Positions 9,144 to 18,048 of a stretch of 51,534 nt of DNA are shown here, piece after piece. Source of the DNA: Candidatus Micrarchaeia archaeon (GTDB lineage: Archaea > Micrarchaeota > Micrarchaeia > Anstonellales > Bilamarchaeaceae). The stretch covers positions 1-51,534 of the forward strand of contig JBNLBN010000004.1 in NCBI GenBank assembly GCA_050303335.1. Direction: 5' to 3'. Position numbers and translations under genes: made by a program. Within the stretch, counting starts at the first letter, position 1. Each line of letters begins with the position of its first letter. The notes under the pieces are model-generated. The model was given only the letters and a program-made list of their open reading frames with translations, did no database searches and was not told where the DNA came from.

Positions 9144-10301
9144 ATGAGAAGGGTAGCAATAATTGGAGCCGGAATGACAAAATTCGGCGAAGAGTGGGAA
9201 AAGGGATTCCGGGAGCTCGTTGTTGAAGCAGGTATCAAGGCACTTACCGATGCCGGAATCTCAGGAGACAAGATTGATGCAGGATACATCGGCACCATGG
9301 CATCAGGAAGGCTAATCGGACAGGAACACATCGGAGGGCTTCTTGCAGATTACATGGGCCTCAACCCAATGCCAATAACACGAGTTGAGGGTGCATGCGC
9401 ATCAGGATCCCTTGCTCTCAGACAGGGCTTTACTGCCGTTGCAAGCGGAATGCAGGACATCGTCGTTGTAGGCGGGGTCGAAAAAATGACAGATCTCGGA
9501 GTAACAACAGTATCCGATATCCTTGGAGGCGCAGGAGACCAGGAATGGGAACTCTTCCTTGGAGCAACATTCCCTGCCATCTATGCACTCATGGCAAAAA
9601 GGCACATGTATGAATACGGTACCACCGAAGAGATGCTTGCGGCAGCAGCAGTAAAAAACCACAGGAACGGCTCAAAGAACAAATACGCTCAGTTTCCCCG
9701 CGAGATCACCATGGAGCAGGTCCTTGGATCCAAAGTCATCGCAGATCCGCTCAAAGTGCTTGACTGCTCTCCGATAACTGACGGAGCAGCGGGCGTTGTC
9801 CTTGCACCGATGGAAATTGCAGAATCCTTCACCAAGAAGCCGGTCGAGATTATTGCAAGCGCACAGGCAAGCGATTCAATAGCACTGCATTCAAGGAGTT
9901 CAATGAGCGCCCTAAAGGCCACGCAGATCGCGGCAAAGAAGGCATTCGACATGGCAAAGATGACCCCCAAGGACATCCACATGGCAGAGATTCACGACTG
10001 CTTCACTATCGCGGAAATAATGGCAATTGAAGACCTCGGATTCTTTGAAAAGGGGAAAGGAGGACAGGCAACACTCGAGGGAAAGACGGCACTCGAGGGT
10101 GAAATACCGATCAATACATCCGGAGGGCTCAAGGCATGCGGCCATCCCGTAGGAGCCACCGGAGTGAAACAGGCTGTTGAATGCGTGTGGCAGCTACGGG
10201 GCGAAGCAGAAGGACGCCAGGTAAAGGACGCCAGTGTCGCTCTCAGCCACAACGTAGGAGGATCAGGAGCAACAGCAGTCGTCCACATATACAAGAACTA
10301 G
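9144..10301 (+). CDS. Archaeal thiolase (acetyl-CoA acetyltransferase)
   Basis: VEGACASG, GVEKM, DCSPITDGAA, EIHDCF, GHPVGATG; start set at MRRVAIIG (9144). Confidence 0.95.
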   Translation: MRRVAIIGAGMTKFGEEWEKGFRELVVEAGIKALTDAGISGDKIDAGYIGTMASGRLIGQEHIGGLLADYMGLNPMPITRVEGACASGSLALRQGFTAVASGMQDIVVVGGVEKMTDLGVTTVSDILGGAGDQEWELFLGATFPAIYALMAKRHMYEYGTTEEMLAAAAVKNHRNGSKNKYAQFPREITMEQVLGSKVIADPLKVLDCSPITDGAAGVVLAPMEIAESFTKKPVEIIASAQASDSIALHSRSSMSALKATQIAAKKAFDMAKMTPKDIHMAEIHDCFTIAEIMAIEDLGFFEKGKGGQATLEGKTALEGEIPINTSGGLKACGHPVGATGVKQAVECVWQLRGEAEGRQVKDASVALSHNVGGSGATAVVHIYKN

Positions 10302-10702
10302 TCTTTTTTCCAATTCAATTTCTTAACATCCGGCTCGCTTTCAGTCGCTCTCGAATAGAGGATTCCATGGTATTCGAGCAGCCCGAACTTGGAATCCAGC
10401 ATCGATATCACTTTTTCATGGTCAAATTCCTTGCAGGAATAGAGGTCGAAATATATCTCATTCTCCCCGTTCCTGTGGTCGAAGAAATGCAGCGAGCAAT
10501 GCGAGGTGGTGATCATCTGGACAAAGCTCTGCCCCGGAAATTCCAGGTCCTCTGCATCTGCCCAGTTGATTGCTCCGAGTGCCTTCATGCCTATCTCGGA
10601 AAGCAGGTTTTTAACAAACTCATCCGATTCCTCCTTGGAGAGGGCCCTGAATTCAGGACTAATCCTGGCGTTTACCGTCAAATGAACATGCTGTAACTTC
10701 AT
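10298..10702 (-). CDS. S-adenosylmethionine decarboxylase-like pyruvoyl proenzyme
   Basis: PGQSFVQMITTSHCSLH and YFDLYSCK match the AdoMetDC pattern, but T-S replaces the E-S cleavage site. Confidence 0.75.
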   Translation of the reverse strand: MKLQHVHLTVNARISPEFRALSKEESDEFVKNLLSEIGMKALGAINWADAEDLEFPGQSFVQMITTSHCSLHFFDHRNGENEIYFDLYSCKEFDHEKVISMLDSKFGLLEYHGILYSRATESEPDVKKLNWKKD

Positions 10703-10854
10703 GTTGATCTAGCCTGTTTAAAATTTGCAGAAGAACTTGAGCGCAGAAAAATATTTAAATCCATAGTTACCCGCTTGCTATCAATCCCCACATTTTAGGA
10801 TTTTTGGCCCCAATTAAAAAGAATATCCCTTTATATTCAATTTATTTCTGAGGT

Positions 10855-11502
10855 ATGTTGATGAGGGTAGAATTTATTCCAGCAATTCTAGTAAAGACAA
10901 GGGAGGAACTCCTTGAGAAAATAAACATGGTAAAAGGCCATGTGAACATCATCCAGCTCGACATCATGGATGGCGAGTTCGTTCCAAACAAGACGGTGGG
11001 TCTAGAGGACCTTCATGATCTTCCGCAAGCAAGTTACGAATACCACTGGATGGTTAACAATCCGGAAAATTACATTGAAAAGACGCCCGGTCCCCATATG
11101 CACCTGGTCCACATCGAGACCGTCACGGATTTCGAAAAGGTCATCCGGGCCGTAAGGCAGGCAGGAGGCCGCATCGGCCTTGCCCTTAATCCTGATACTC
11201 CCCTCGAATCGATCATGCCCTATATCGGGAGGGTGGAAGAGGTGCTCGTTATGACCGTCCGCCCCGGATTCTCGGGGCAGAAGTACATTGCCGAAATGGA
11301 AGGAAAGATCAAAAAGCTTAGGCAGCTATATCCAAACCTGGACATAGAAGTTGACGGAGGGATCAATCCGGAAACCATTGGCCATGCCTTCCGTTCCGGC
11401 GCCAACTATCTTGCAGCTGCAAGCGCAATTTACAAGGACGGCAGGATCAAGGAGAATATCGAATATTTAAAAGGTGTAGTAGATGAGGAAAAAGATCACT
11501 AA
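10855..11502 (+). CDS. rpe: Ribulose-phosphate 3-epimerase
   Basis: DIMDGEFVPN, HWMV, LALNPDT, MTVRPGFSGQ, IEVDGGI. Confidence 0.95.
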   Translation: MLMRVEFIPAILVKTREELLEKINMVKGHVNIIQLDIMDGEFVPNKTVGLEDLHDLPQASYEYHWMVNNPENYIEKTPGPHMHLVHIETVTDFEKVIRAVRQAGGRIGLALNPDTPLESIMPYIGRVEEVLVMTVRPGFSGQKYIAEMEGKIKKLRQLYPNLDIEVDGGINPETIGHAFRSGANYLAAASAIYKDGRIKENIEYLKGVVDEEKDH

Positions 11503-12337
11503 CTTGAAGCAGCTGAACCTGATTGCCAATACCATCAGGCAGGATGTTGTAAAGATGCTCCACGAGGCAAAAAGCGGCCATTCTGCGGGATCAATCGGCC
11601 TCGCAGACATTTTCACGGCGCTTTATTTCAACGTATTGTATCATGACCCGAAAAAACCTGACTGGGAAGACCGCGACCGGCTCGTTCTATCGAACGGCCA
11701 CGTATGCCCGGTTCTCTATTCCGCGCTTGCAAATGCAGGTTACTTTCCAAAAGAGGAACTTATGACCCTGCGCAAGCTCGGGTCCCGGCTCCAGGGTCAT
11801 CCCCACCGGGGAACACTTCCGGGAATCGAGAACTCCTCAGGTCCGCTCGGGCAGGGGCTCTCGCAGGCTGTCGGAATGGCACTTGTTTCGAAAAGGGCAA
11901 GGAAAAGATGGAGGGTCTACTGCATGGTTTCTGACGGGGAGCAGCAGGAAGGGCAGTCCTGGGAAGCTGCAATGCTTGCCTCAAAATACCATCTTGGGAA
12001 CCTCACAGCGATAATGGACAGGAACAATATCCAGATCGACGGATATACTGAGGAGGTTCTTCCGCTGGAGCCATTGGCAGAAAAATACCGCTCATTCGGC
12101 TGGAACGTCATCAATTGCGACGGCCACAACATCAAGAAGCTTATCGATGCCTGCGAGGAATCGAAGGCGGTATATGAAAGGCCGACGATGATTATTGCGC
12201 ACACCATACCAGGAAAGGCAGTTTCGTTCATGGAACAGAGATTCGAATGGCACGGCAAGCCTCCAAGCAAGGATGACCTGGAAAAGGCATTGGAGGAGCT
12301 TGATAACGTGAGAAGCATTATAGAGGAGGAGGAATAA
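11483..12337 (+). CDS. Transketolase N-terminal (TPP-binding) subunit
   Basis: SGH, RDRLVLSNGH, LQGHP, GPLGQG, DGEQQEG. Confidence 0.95.
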   Translation: MRKKITNLKQLNLIANTIRQDVVKMLHEAKSGHSAGSIGLADIFTALYFNVLYHDPKKPDWEDRDRLVLSNGHVCPVLYSALANAGYFPKEELMTLRKLGSRLQGHPHRGTLPGIENSSGPLGQGLSQAVGMALVSKRARKRWRVYCMVSDGEQQEGQSWEAAMLASKYHLGNLTAIMDRNNIQIDGYTEEVLPLEPLAEKYRSFGWNVINCDGHNIKKLIDACEESKAVYERPTMIIAHTIPGKAVSFMEQRFEWHGKPPSKDDLEKALEELDNVRSIIEEEE

Positions 12338-13269
12338 TGGAAAGGAAACCTTCACGTGACGGATTTGGAAAGGCCCTGCTAGAACTCGGAGAAGACGAGA
12401 AGGTCTGGGCTGTTACTGCAGATGTATCAGAATCTACGAGGACCCACTGGTTTTCGGAGAAATACCCGAAAAGATTCGTGCAGGTGGGCGTTGCGGAACA
12501 GAATCTGGCCGGAGTGGCAGCAGGAATCGCTTCCTGCGGAAATACGGTATTCATATCCGCCTTCGGGGCATTCTCTCCAGGTAGGAACTTCGACCAGATC
12601 CGCGTCTCGATCTGCTACAACAATTCAAATGTCAAGATACACGCGTCGCATACCGGATTGTCGGTAGGAGCAGACGGCGCATCGCACCAGATGCTCGAAG
12701 ACATATCCATGGTGCGCACCCTTGCGAACATGAAAGTAATCGTTCCTGCGGACATGGAAGAGGCAAGGAAGGCGACCCTTGCTGCGGCAAAGGTATACGG
12801 GCCGGTCTACATAAGGACCTCCAGGGAAAAATACCCTGTGTTTACTGAAAATGACAATTTCGAGATCGGAAAAGCAAACCTTCTCAGGGAAGGAAAGGAC
12901 ATCGCGATCTTCGCATGCGGGCTTCAGGTGTGGGATTCGCTCGAGGCTGCAAAGGAGCTTGAAAAGGAGGGAATAAGCGCCGCAGTTGTAAACATGCATA
13001 CCATAAAGCCTGCTGACAAGGAAATGATAATATCACAGGCTAAAAAATGCGGCCTGCTTATGAGCGTAGAGGACCACCAGATCACAGGAGGCCTCGGAAG
13101 CGCAATTGCGGAAGTCCTTTCTGAAAACTTCCCGGCGCTACTGTACCGGGTTGGGGTAAGAGACAGTTTCGGCGAGACAGGAAATACTGCAGAGCTTTAC
13201 AAGAAGTATGGCCTTGATAAGGACGGAATAGTCAAAAGTGCAAAAATTGCAATGGGGTTGAAAAAATGA
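12337..13269 (+). CDS. Transketolase C-terminal subunit
   Basis: [28 protein letters not shown]; start overlaps the preceding stop. Confidence 0.95.
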   Translation: MERKPSRDGFGKALLELGEDEKVWAVTADVSESTRTHWFSEKYPKRFVQVGVAEQNLAGVAAGIASCGNTVFISAFGAFSPGRNFDQIRVSICYNNSNVKIHASHTGLSVGADGASHQMLEDISMVRTLANMKVIVPADMEEARKATLAAAKVYGPVYIRTSREKYPVFTENDNFEIGKANLLREGKDIAIFACGLQVWDSLEAAKELEKEGISAAVVNMHTIKPADKEMIISQAKKCGLLMSVEDHQITGGLGSAIAEVLSENFPALLYRVGVRDSFGETGNTAELYKKYGLDKDGIVKSAKIAMGLKK

Positions 13270-13907
13270 AATTCTTTCTGGATACGGCAAATATTGAAGA
13301 AATAAAGAAGATGAATGAACTTGGGATGTGCGACGGCATTACGACCAATCCGTCACTGATATTGAAGTCAGGACGGAACCACAAGGAAGTGATCGAAGAG
13401 ATCTCCAAGGTGGTCGAAGGACCGGTTTCCGTCGAAGGAGTCGGAGAAACGGCAGAGGATATGGTAAAGGACGCAGAAGAATTCGTGAAATGGGGACCTA
13501 ACATCGTTGCCAAGATTCCAATGACAAAAGAAGGGATGAAGGCGGTAAGGATTCTTTCAAAGAAAGGGATAAAGACAAATGTCACGCTGATATTTTCATC
13601 TGCACAGGCACTGATTGCGGCAAAGGCAGGAGCATCATACGTATCCCCGTTTGTCGGAAGAATGGACGATGTTTCAAACGAGGGAATGCAGCTGATCTCG
13701 GATATAATGGACATATTCGAGGCATATGGCATCGAGACAGAAGTCATAGTGGCATCCGTCAGGCACCCCCTGCATGTAATGGATGCAGCACGGATGGGGG
13801 CACACATTGCGACCGTTCCGGCAGCTGTCCTTGAGAAGATGTTCCACCACCCCCTCACTGACAAGGGGATAGAGAAGTTCATTGCCGACTACAAGAAGCA
13901 AGGATAG
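13266..13907 (+). CDS. tal: Transaldolase / fructose-6-phosphate aldolase family
   Basis: FFLDTAN, GITTNPS, KIP Schiff-base Lys, [15 protein letters not shown]. Confidence 0.93.
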   Translation: MKFFLDTANIEEIKKMNELGMCDGITTNPSLILKSGRNHKEVIEEISKVVEGPVSVEGVGETAEDMVKDAEEFVKWGPNIVAKIPMTKEGMKAVRILSKKGIKTNVTLIFSSAQALIAAKAGASYVSPFVGRMDDVSNEGMQLISDIMDIFEAYGIETEVIVASVRHPLHVMDAARMGAHIATVPAAVLEKMFHHPLTDKGIEKFIADYKKQG

Positions 13908-13948
13908 CCTTTTTTATCCTTTCATCCATTAAAAAATTGGTAATTCTC

Positions 13949-14350
13949 ATGAAAGAAGCAATCCCGTTAACCTGGAGAAGGATTCCTGAAAGGTACAGGA
14001 TCCTTGGCGTGAAGTGCGAGACATGCACCACGCACTACTTTCCAAAAAGGCTCATCTGCCCCAAATGCAGGAGAAAGGGAAAACTCGTTGAAGTCCAGTA
14101 TTCCGGCAAGGGAACCGTATTCTCATTCACCGAGGTGAATGCACCTCCTGCAGGTTTCGAGGACCAGATACCATACATACTCGCAGTAATAGAACTCGAT
14201 GAAGGGGCAAAATTAACAGCACAGATAGTTGATGCCCACAAGGATGATGTCAAGATCGGATCCAAAGTCGAGAAGGTATTCCGTGTTATACAGAGAGACG
14301 ATCCGGAAGGCCTTATCCATTACGGCTTCAAGTTCAAGCTTGTTGAATGA
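13949..14350 (+). CDS. DUF35 family Zn-ribbon/OB-fold protein (thiolase-associated scaffold)
   Basis: CETC..FPKR..CPKC, GKGTVFSFT, YILAVIELDEG, YGFKF. Confidence 0.9.
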   Translation: MKEAIPLTWRRIPERYRILGVKCETCTTHYFPKRLICPKCRRKGKLVEVQYSGKGTVFSFTEVNAPPAGFEDQIPYILAVIELDEGAKLTAQIVDAHKDDVKIGSKVEKVFRVIQRDDPEGLIHYGFKFKLVE

Positions 14351-14751
14351 TTAAGCCAGTCCAGCTTCCTGGTCTTTCTTTCTTTTATAGCATCCTCTAT
14401 TTTCATCCATTTGAAACCGCTGTACTCCGGGCCCGGTTTTGCCCTCCTGATTCTCGCAGTTATCCTGAATACAAGGCAGGGTACCCAGTTTTTCCTCCGT
14501 CTTGATCCGACATTGAACCTGCCCTCATAGATTATCTCGTCAACAACACCTTCGATTCCTGTCTGCATCTGGAATTTCTCCTTGATTTCTGCAACAGGGC
14601 TCCTTCCAGAAGGTACAATCACACATGGGAGTTCGATCTTCTCGATATTGTATTCGATCTTCTTCAGAAAAAGAATCCTTCCCTCATCTTCAAGCAGCCC
14701 GCAGGCAAGCGCCTTCGGCATGGGCGTCCCGGTCGGTATCTTCCTTCTCAC
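14320..14751 (-). CDS. Degenerate NUDIX-fold protein (paralog 2)
   Basis: NUDIX-like N-terminal strands (ACGLLEDEGRILFL...IELP) and C-terminal FKW helix; no intact Nudix box. Confidence 0.6.
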   Translation of the reverse strand: MRRKIPTGTPMPKALACGLLEDEGRILFLKKIEYNIEKIELPCVIVPSGRSPVAEIKEKFQMQTGIEGVVDEIIYEGRFNVGSRRRKNWVPCLVFRITARIRRAKPGPEYSGFKWMKIEDAIKERKTRKLDWLNHSTSLNLKP

Positions 14752-14752
14752 G

Positions 14753-15133
14753 TCAAACCTCTATGTATTCGTCCTTGAGCCACTTTGCCTGGTCCGCAAG
14801 TTTCTTCTTCTTCGCTTCTTCAATGGTAAGCCATACCGCCTTCTTAGAATCAGCAATGGTGACTACGTACTCTTCCTCCTTGGGCTCCATCTTCAGAACA
14901 AGAACAGGCAGATGCTCGTCATTGATTATCGCCTTCCCTTCATAGGCCAGAGGCCCAACATTCACCTTTACATCAGTTTTCATCCGGTATGCCTGTCCAA
15001 TGGCGTTAATGGGATCTCCTGCAAGAGTGCCATAAATCCACGGCAATTCAATTAGGCCGTCTTTTTCAAGAAACAAAATTTTCCCGTCACGCTCAAGCAG
15101 TCCGCAGATAATGGCTCTTGGCGCATATTTCAT
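14753..15133 (-). CDS. Degenerate NUDIX-fold protein (paralog 1)
   Basis: ICGLLERDGKILFL...IELP, YEG, AVWLTIEEA; clearly paralogous to the neighbour; no Nudix box glutamates. Confidence 0.6.
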   Translation of the reverse strand: MKYAPRAIICGLLERDGKILFLEKDGLIELPWIYGTLAGDPINAIGQAYRMKTDVKVNVGPLAYEGKAIINDEHLPVLVLKMEPKEEEYVVTIADSKKAVWLTIEEAKKKKLADQAKWLKDEYIEV

Positions 15134-15137
15134 CTGT

Positions 15138-15452
15138 TCACTCTTTCTTCAATCTGTAAACTAGTGCCGTGTTTCCGTCCACTCCGAGCTGTTCTCCTGC
15201 AACTTCAGGAGGAACAGGCGTCCTTTCTTCTACGGCTTTTTTGACTGGTTTCAAAGTAGTTCCAAGAGCGGATACGACTCTCAGGGCTCCCCTTGCTGTA
15301 TTCGCAACCCTTTCGCCGAACGTCCTTTCCTTCGGATCCCCGAGGATTGGTTCGCTCATTGGTGCAAACTGGGTTACACGTATCCCCGATGTTGGGGGCT
15401 CGCTTTTCCGCTCCCGACGGAACGCCAAACCGCTCATGATAATTTTACTCAA
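15138..15452 (-). CDS. Hypothetical protein
   Basis: 104-aa ORF tightly packed between the GGDEF gene and NUDIX-like genes. Confidence 0.5.
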   Translation of the reverse strand: MSKIIMSGLAFRRERKSEPPTSGIRVTQFAPMSEPILGDPKERTFGERVANTARGALRVVSALGTTLKPVKKAVEERTPVPPEVAGEQLGVDGNTALVYRLKKE

Positions 15453-15470
15453 TCAGGGTTTATATACCTA

Positions 15471-16859
15471 CTAGTTTCGCCTGTGAACCTGCTTTTTGCC
15501 CGTTTCCTCGTCAAAACCGATTCCAACGACGGTATTCCTTCCTGCCTTCTTTGCAGCATAGACCCCTTCGTCGGCAACCTGCTTGGTTCCTTCCATGATC
15601 AGATCGATCTCAGGCTTCCTGTCCCAGTCCGGCTTCCTTTCCACCTCTCCGGCTTCAAGAAGGGCTTTGGCATCTTTCAGCGTTGTTACGCCCATGCTGG
15701 CAGTAACCCCGATCATCTTTCCTTCCGATCCGACGACCTCGATCGATGCTATCGAACTCTTCGCCCTCAGGCAGGCTTTGATTGCATCATCAAGCTCGGC
15801 TCCTGGAAGAAGCACGATGATCTCCTCGCCGCCAAACCGGGTAACGTTTCCCTGGGATCTTAGCAGCCCTCCAGGGCCCTCGCTTTTGGGTTCGCCGATA
15901 CCCAGGAAGTCGGTAGCCCTGAAAACAGATACTGCCTTGTCAGCGACTTTGACAAGGGTCGTATCGCCCACAAGATGGCCGTGATCATCGTTTATTCTCT
16001 TGAAATGGTCAAGGTCGAGCATAACTACAGCAGTGTTTTCCCCGGTATCCATGAAGTGCTGGGCAAGATACTGGTATACCTCGCTGAATTCCGCCCTGGT
16101 GCAAAGCCCTGTCAGGCTGTCCCTCCTTGAATTCATGTCGAGCGCCCCGATCCTTGATATGAGAAGGGCGGTCCTTATCGCTTCCTCCTCTGGAAAGAAT
16201 ATGTCACCGAACGTGAGGTTTTTCCCCGTTACGTTTACAAGTCCAATGTTGCCTTCAAAAGATATTGCAAGCTGCTCACCGGAAAAATTACCTCTTTTAA
16301 TGTCGAATGTCTGCACGCCGTCGAACGGATTCTTCCTGTCAATAGTGTATATGGCTCTTCTTGAAGGCGATGCAAGGCATATCAGTTCCCGCTCCACAGC
16401 CTGCTGTATCAGCCAGTCATCAGCAACCGAAATGACCTCCCTGTGAGGGAGCATGACTGTTTTCCCGTTCTCCCGTCTTACTTCAAAGAACCCCCTGAAT
16501 CTTCCCTCCTCCTGGGCTCTCGTGAACGCAACAAGCTTATCAGGATCCACCATGGTATTGTAAACAGCGGTCATTGCTTCCTGGAATCCGAAGGCCGTCC
16601 CTTTCGTCAAAAGGAAAGTTATCCTTTCATTCACTCCCGTACTTCTGAAAAGGGTGTCCCGCAGATAATTCCTGAATGCCGCACCGAGGTTCCCCCCTTT
16701 CATCGCCTCGCTAACGATTGATTTCAACATCATCCTTTCCGGTGCCTTCGCCCGTTCCAGTACCTGGTCGAAAAGGTTCCTTTCGCTGAACACGCCAAGC
16801 GGTCTTGCTTCCGGGTGGTCGCTCTTACGCCTACCCAGTTGTGATCTTAATTTTTTCAT
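15471..16859 (-). CDS. GGDEF-domain diguanylate cyclase with unrecognised N-terminal domain
   Basis: DSLTGL, LDLDHFKRINDDHGHLVGD, RFGGEEI, VTASMG, AD..VYAAKKAGRN. Confidence 0.93.
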   Translation of the reverse strand: MKKLRSQLGRRKSDHPEARPLGVFSERNLFDQVLERAKAPERMMLKSIVSEAMKGGNLGAAFRNYLRDTLFRSTGVNERITFLLTKGTAFGFQEAMTAVYNTMVDPDKLVAFTRAQEEGRFRGFFEVRRENGKTVMLPHREVISVADDWLIQQAVERELICLASPSRRAIYTIDRKNPFDGVQTFDIKRGNFSGEQLAISFEGNIGLVNVTGKNLTFGDIFFPEEEAIRTALLISRIGALDMNSRRDSLTGLCTRAEFSEVYQYLAQHFMDTGENTAVVMLDLDHFKRINDDHGHLVGDTTLVKVADKAVSVFRATDFLGIGEPKSEGPGGLLRSQGNVTRFGGEEIIVLLPGAELDDAIKACLRAKSSIASIEVVGSEGKMIGVTASMGVTTLKDAKALLEAGEVERKPDWDRKPEIDLIMEGTKQVADEGVYAAKKAGRNTVVGIGFDEETGKKQVHRRN

Positions 16860-16883
16860 AACCCTATTTTGTATCTAAATCCT

Positions 16884-18017
16884 TTAATAATGTACTTTCT
16901 TCCACATTTCCTTTGCCAATTTACCACTATACATGAACTTGTCCACATCAACTTCCTTTTTCCTTGCCCTGTGCTCCTCAAGATAGGCGTTCACCTTTTC
17001 AATCAGGATGGCCTTCATCTCTCCGCTGAGCAGCTTTCCTGAAAGGTAATCCTCGCGTATTTTCTTCAGCTTCAAATCATCCGGTTCAAACATTATTGCA
17101 AGCCACTGGAAAGAGACGTCGATATCCGGGTTCCCCCCTTGCTTCCTGTGCTCCTCCACTGTTTCCTTACCGCCTGAGAATGCGTACTTGTTGATTTTCT
17201 TCTTGACTGTCTTGGGATCGTCCGTAAGGTATATCGCGGAGTCTGCGCCGCTGCTGGAACTCATCTTCCCGCTGACCCCCTCAAGCGGAGGAATGAATCT
17301 GCTGTGCAGTGCAGATGTCTTGTAGAACCCAAGCGATTCTGCAATATCCCTCTGAATCCTCCAGTAAGGATCCTGGTCGATTCCGCATGGAATGAGGCAC
17401 CTTTTCTTTTCGAAGAAGGACGGTATTGTCTGGTAGGCAGGATACATAGACATTCCTATGTTGGTCGAATCATTGAATCCAAACACTGCCTTCACCGTCG
17501 AGTGCGTGATCTTTCTTGATGCCCGAAGAAGGAGGGGATAGACGTTCTTCACGTACTCGCTGTTCTTGAAAATGAATGTCCTTTGCGGATCGAATCCGGT
17601 TGCCGCTATGTCGAGAATATTTTCCCTTGCCGCTTCCTGGACCTCGTCCCACCCGTATTTTTTTGCCAGAAATCCCTCGTCATCCGTGATCTCGATATAC
17701 AAATTGCACTTGAATTTCTCCTGGAGCCATCTTGTCATTTCCATCGAGACCATATGGCCTATGTGCATGCCCTTGCTTGGCTTCCTTCCGGTGTAGAGGA
17801 AGAATCCCTTTCCTTTTTGATAATCATCAAGCGCCAGGTTCAGGTCCCTGTGCGAGAAGAAGAAATCCCGCGAGAGCATTGGATGCAGGCTTCCGCAGGC
17901 GGATTCCAGCCTTTCTTTCAGCCTGCCCTCAATCCTGCTGGTTCCGAATTCCTTGATCAGCTTCTCATAGTCGATTTCACCGCTTACTTCCCAGGGAGTG
18001 ACGCTGAATTTGTCCAT
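16884..18017 (-). CDS. trpS: Tryptophan-tRNA ligase (archaeal/eukaryotic type)
   Basis: VTPWEV, LYTGR, HIGH, IDQDPY, KMSSS. Confidence 0.97.
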   Translation of the reverse strand: MDKFSVTPWEVSGEIDYEKLIKEFGTSRIEGRLKERLESACGSLHPMLSRDFFFSHRDLNLALDDYQKGKGFFLYTGRKPSKGMHIGHMVSMEMTRWLQEKFKCNLYIEITDDEGFLAKKYGWDEVQEAARENILDIAATGFDPQRTFIFKNSEYVKNVYPLLLRASRKITHSTVKAVFGFNDSTNIGMSMYPAYQTIPSFFEKKRCLIPCGIDQDPYWRIQRDIAESLGFYKTSALHSRFIPPLEGVSGKMSSSSGADSAIYLTDDPKTVKKKINKYAFSGGKETVEEHRKQGGNPDIDVSFQWLAIMFEPDDLKLKKIREDYLSGKLLSGEMKAILIEKVNAYLEEHRARKKEVDVDKFMYSGKLAKEMWKKVHY

Positions 18018-18048
18018 GCCGGAATACTGAATAAAACCACATAAAAAT

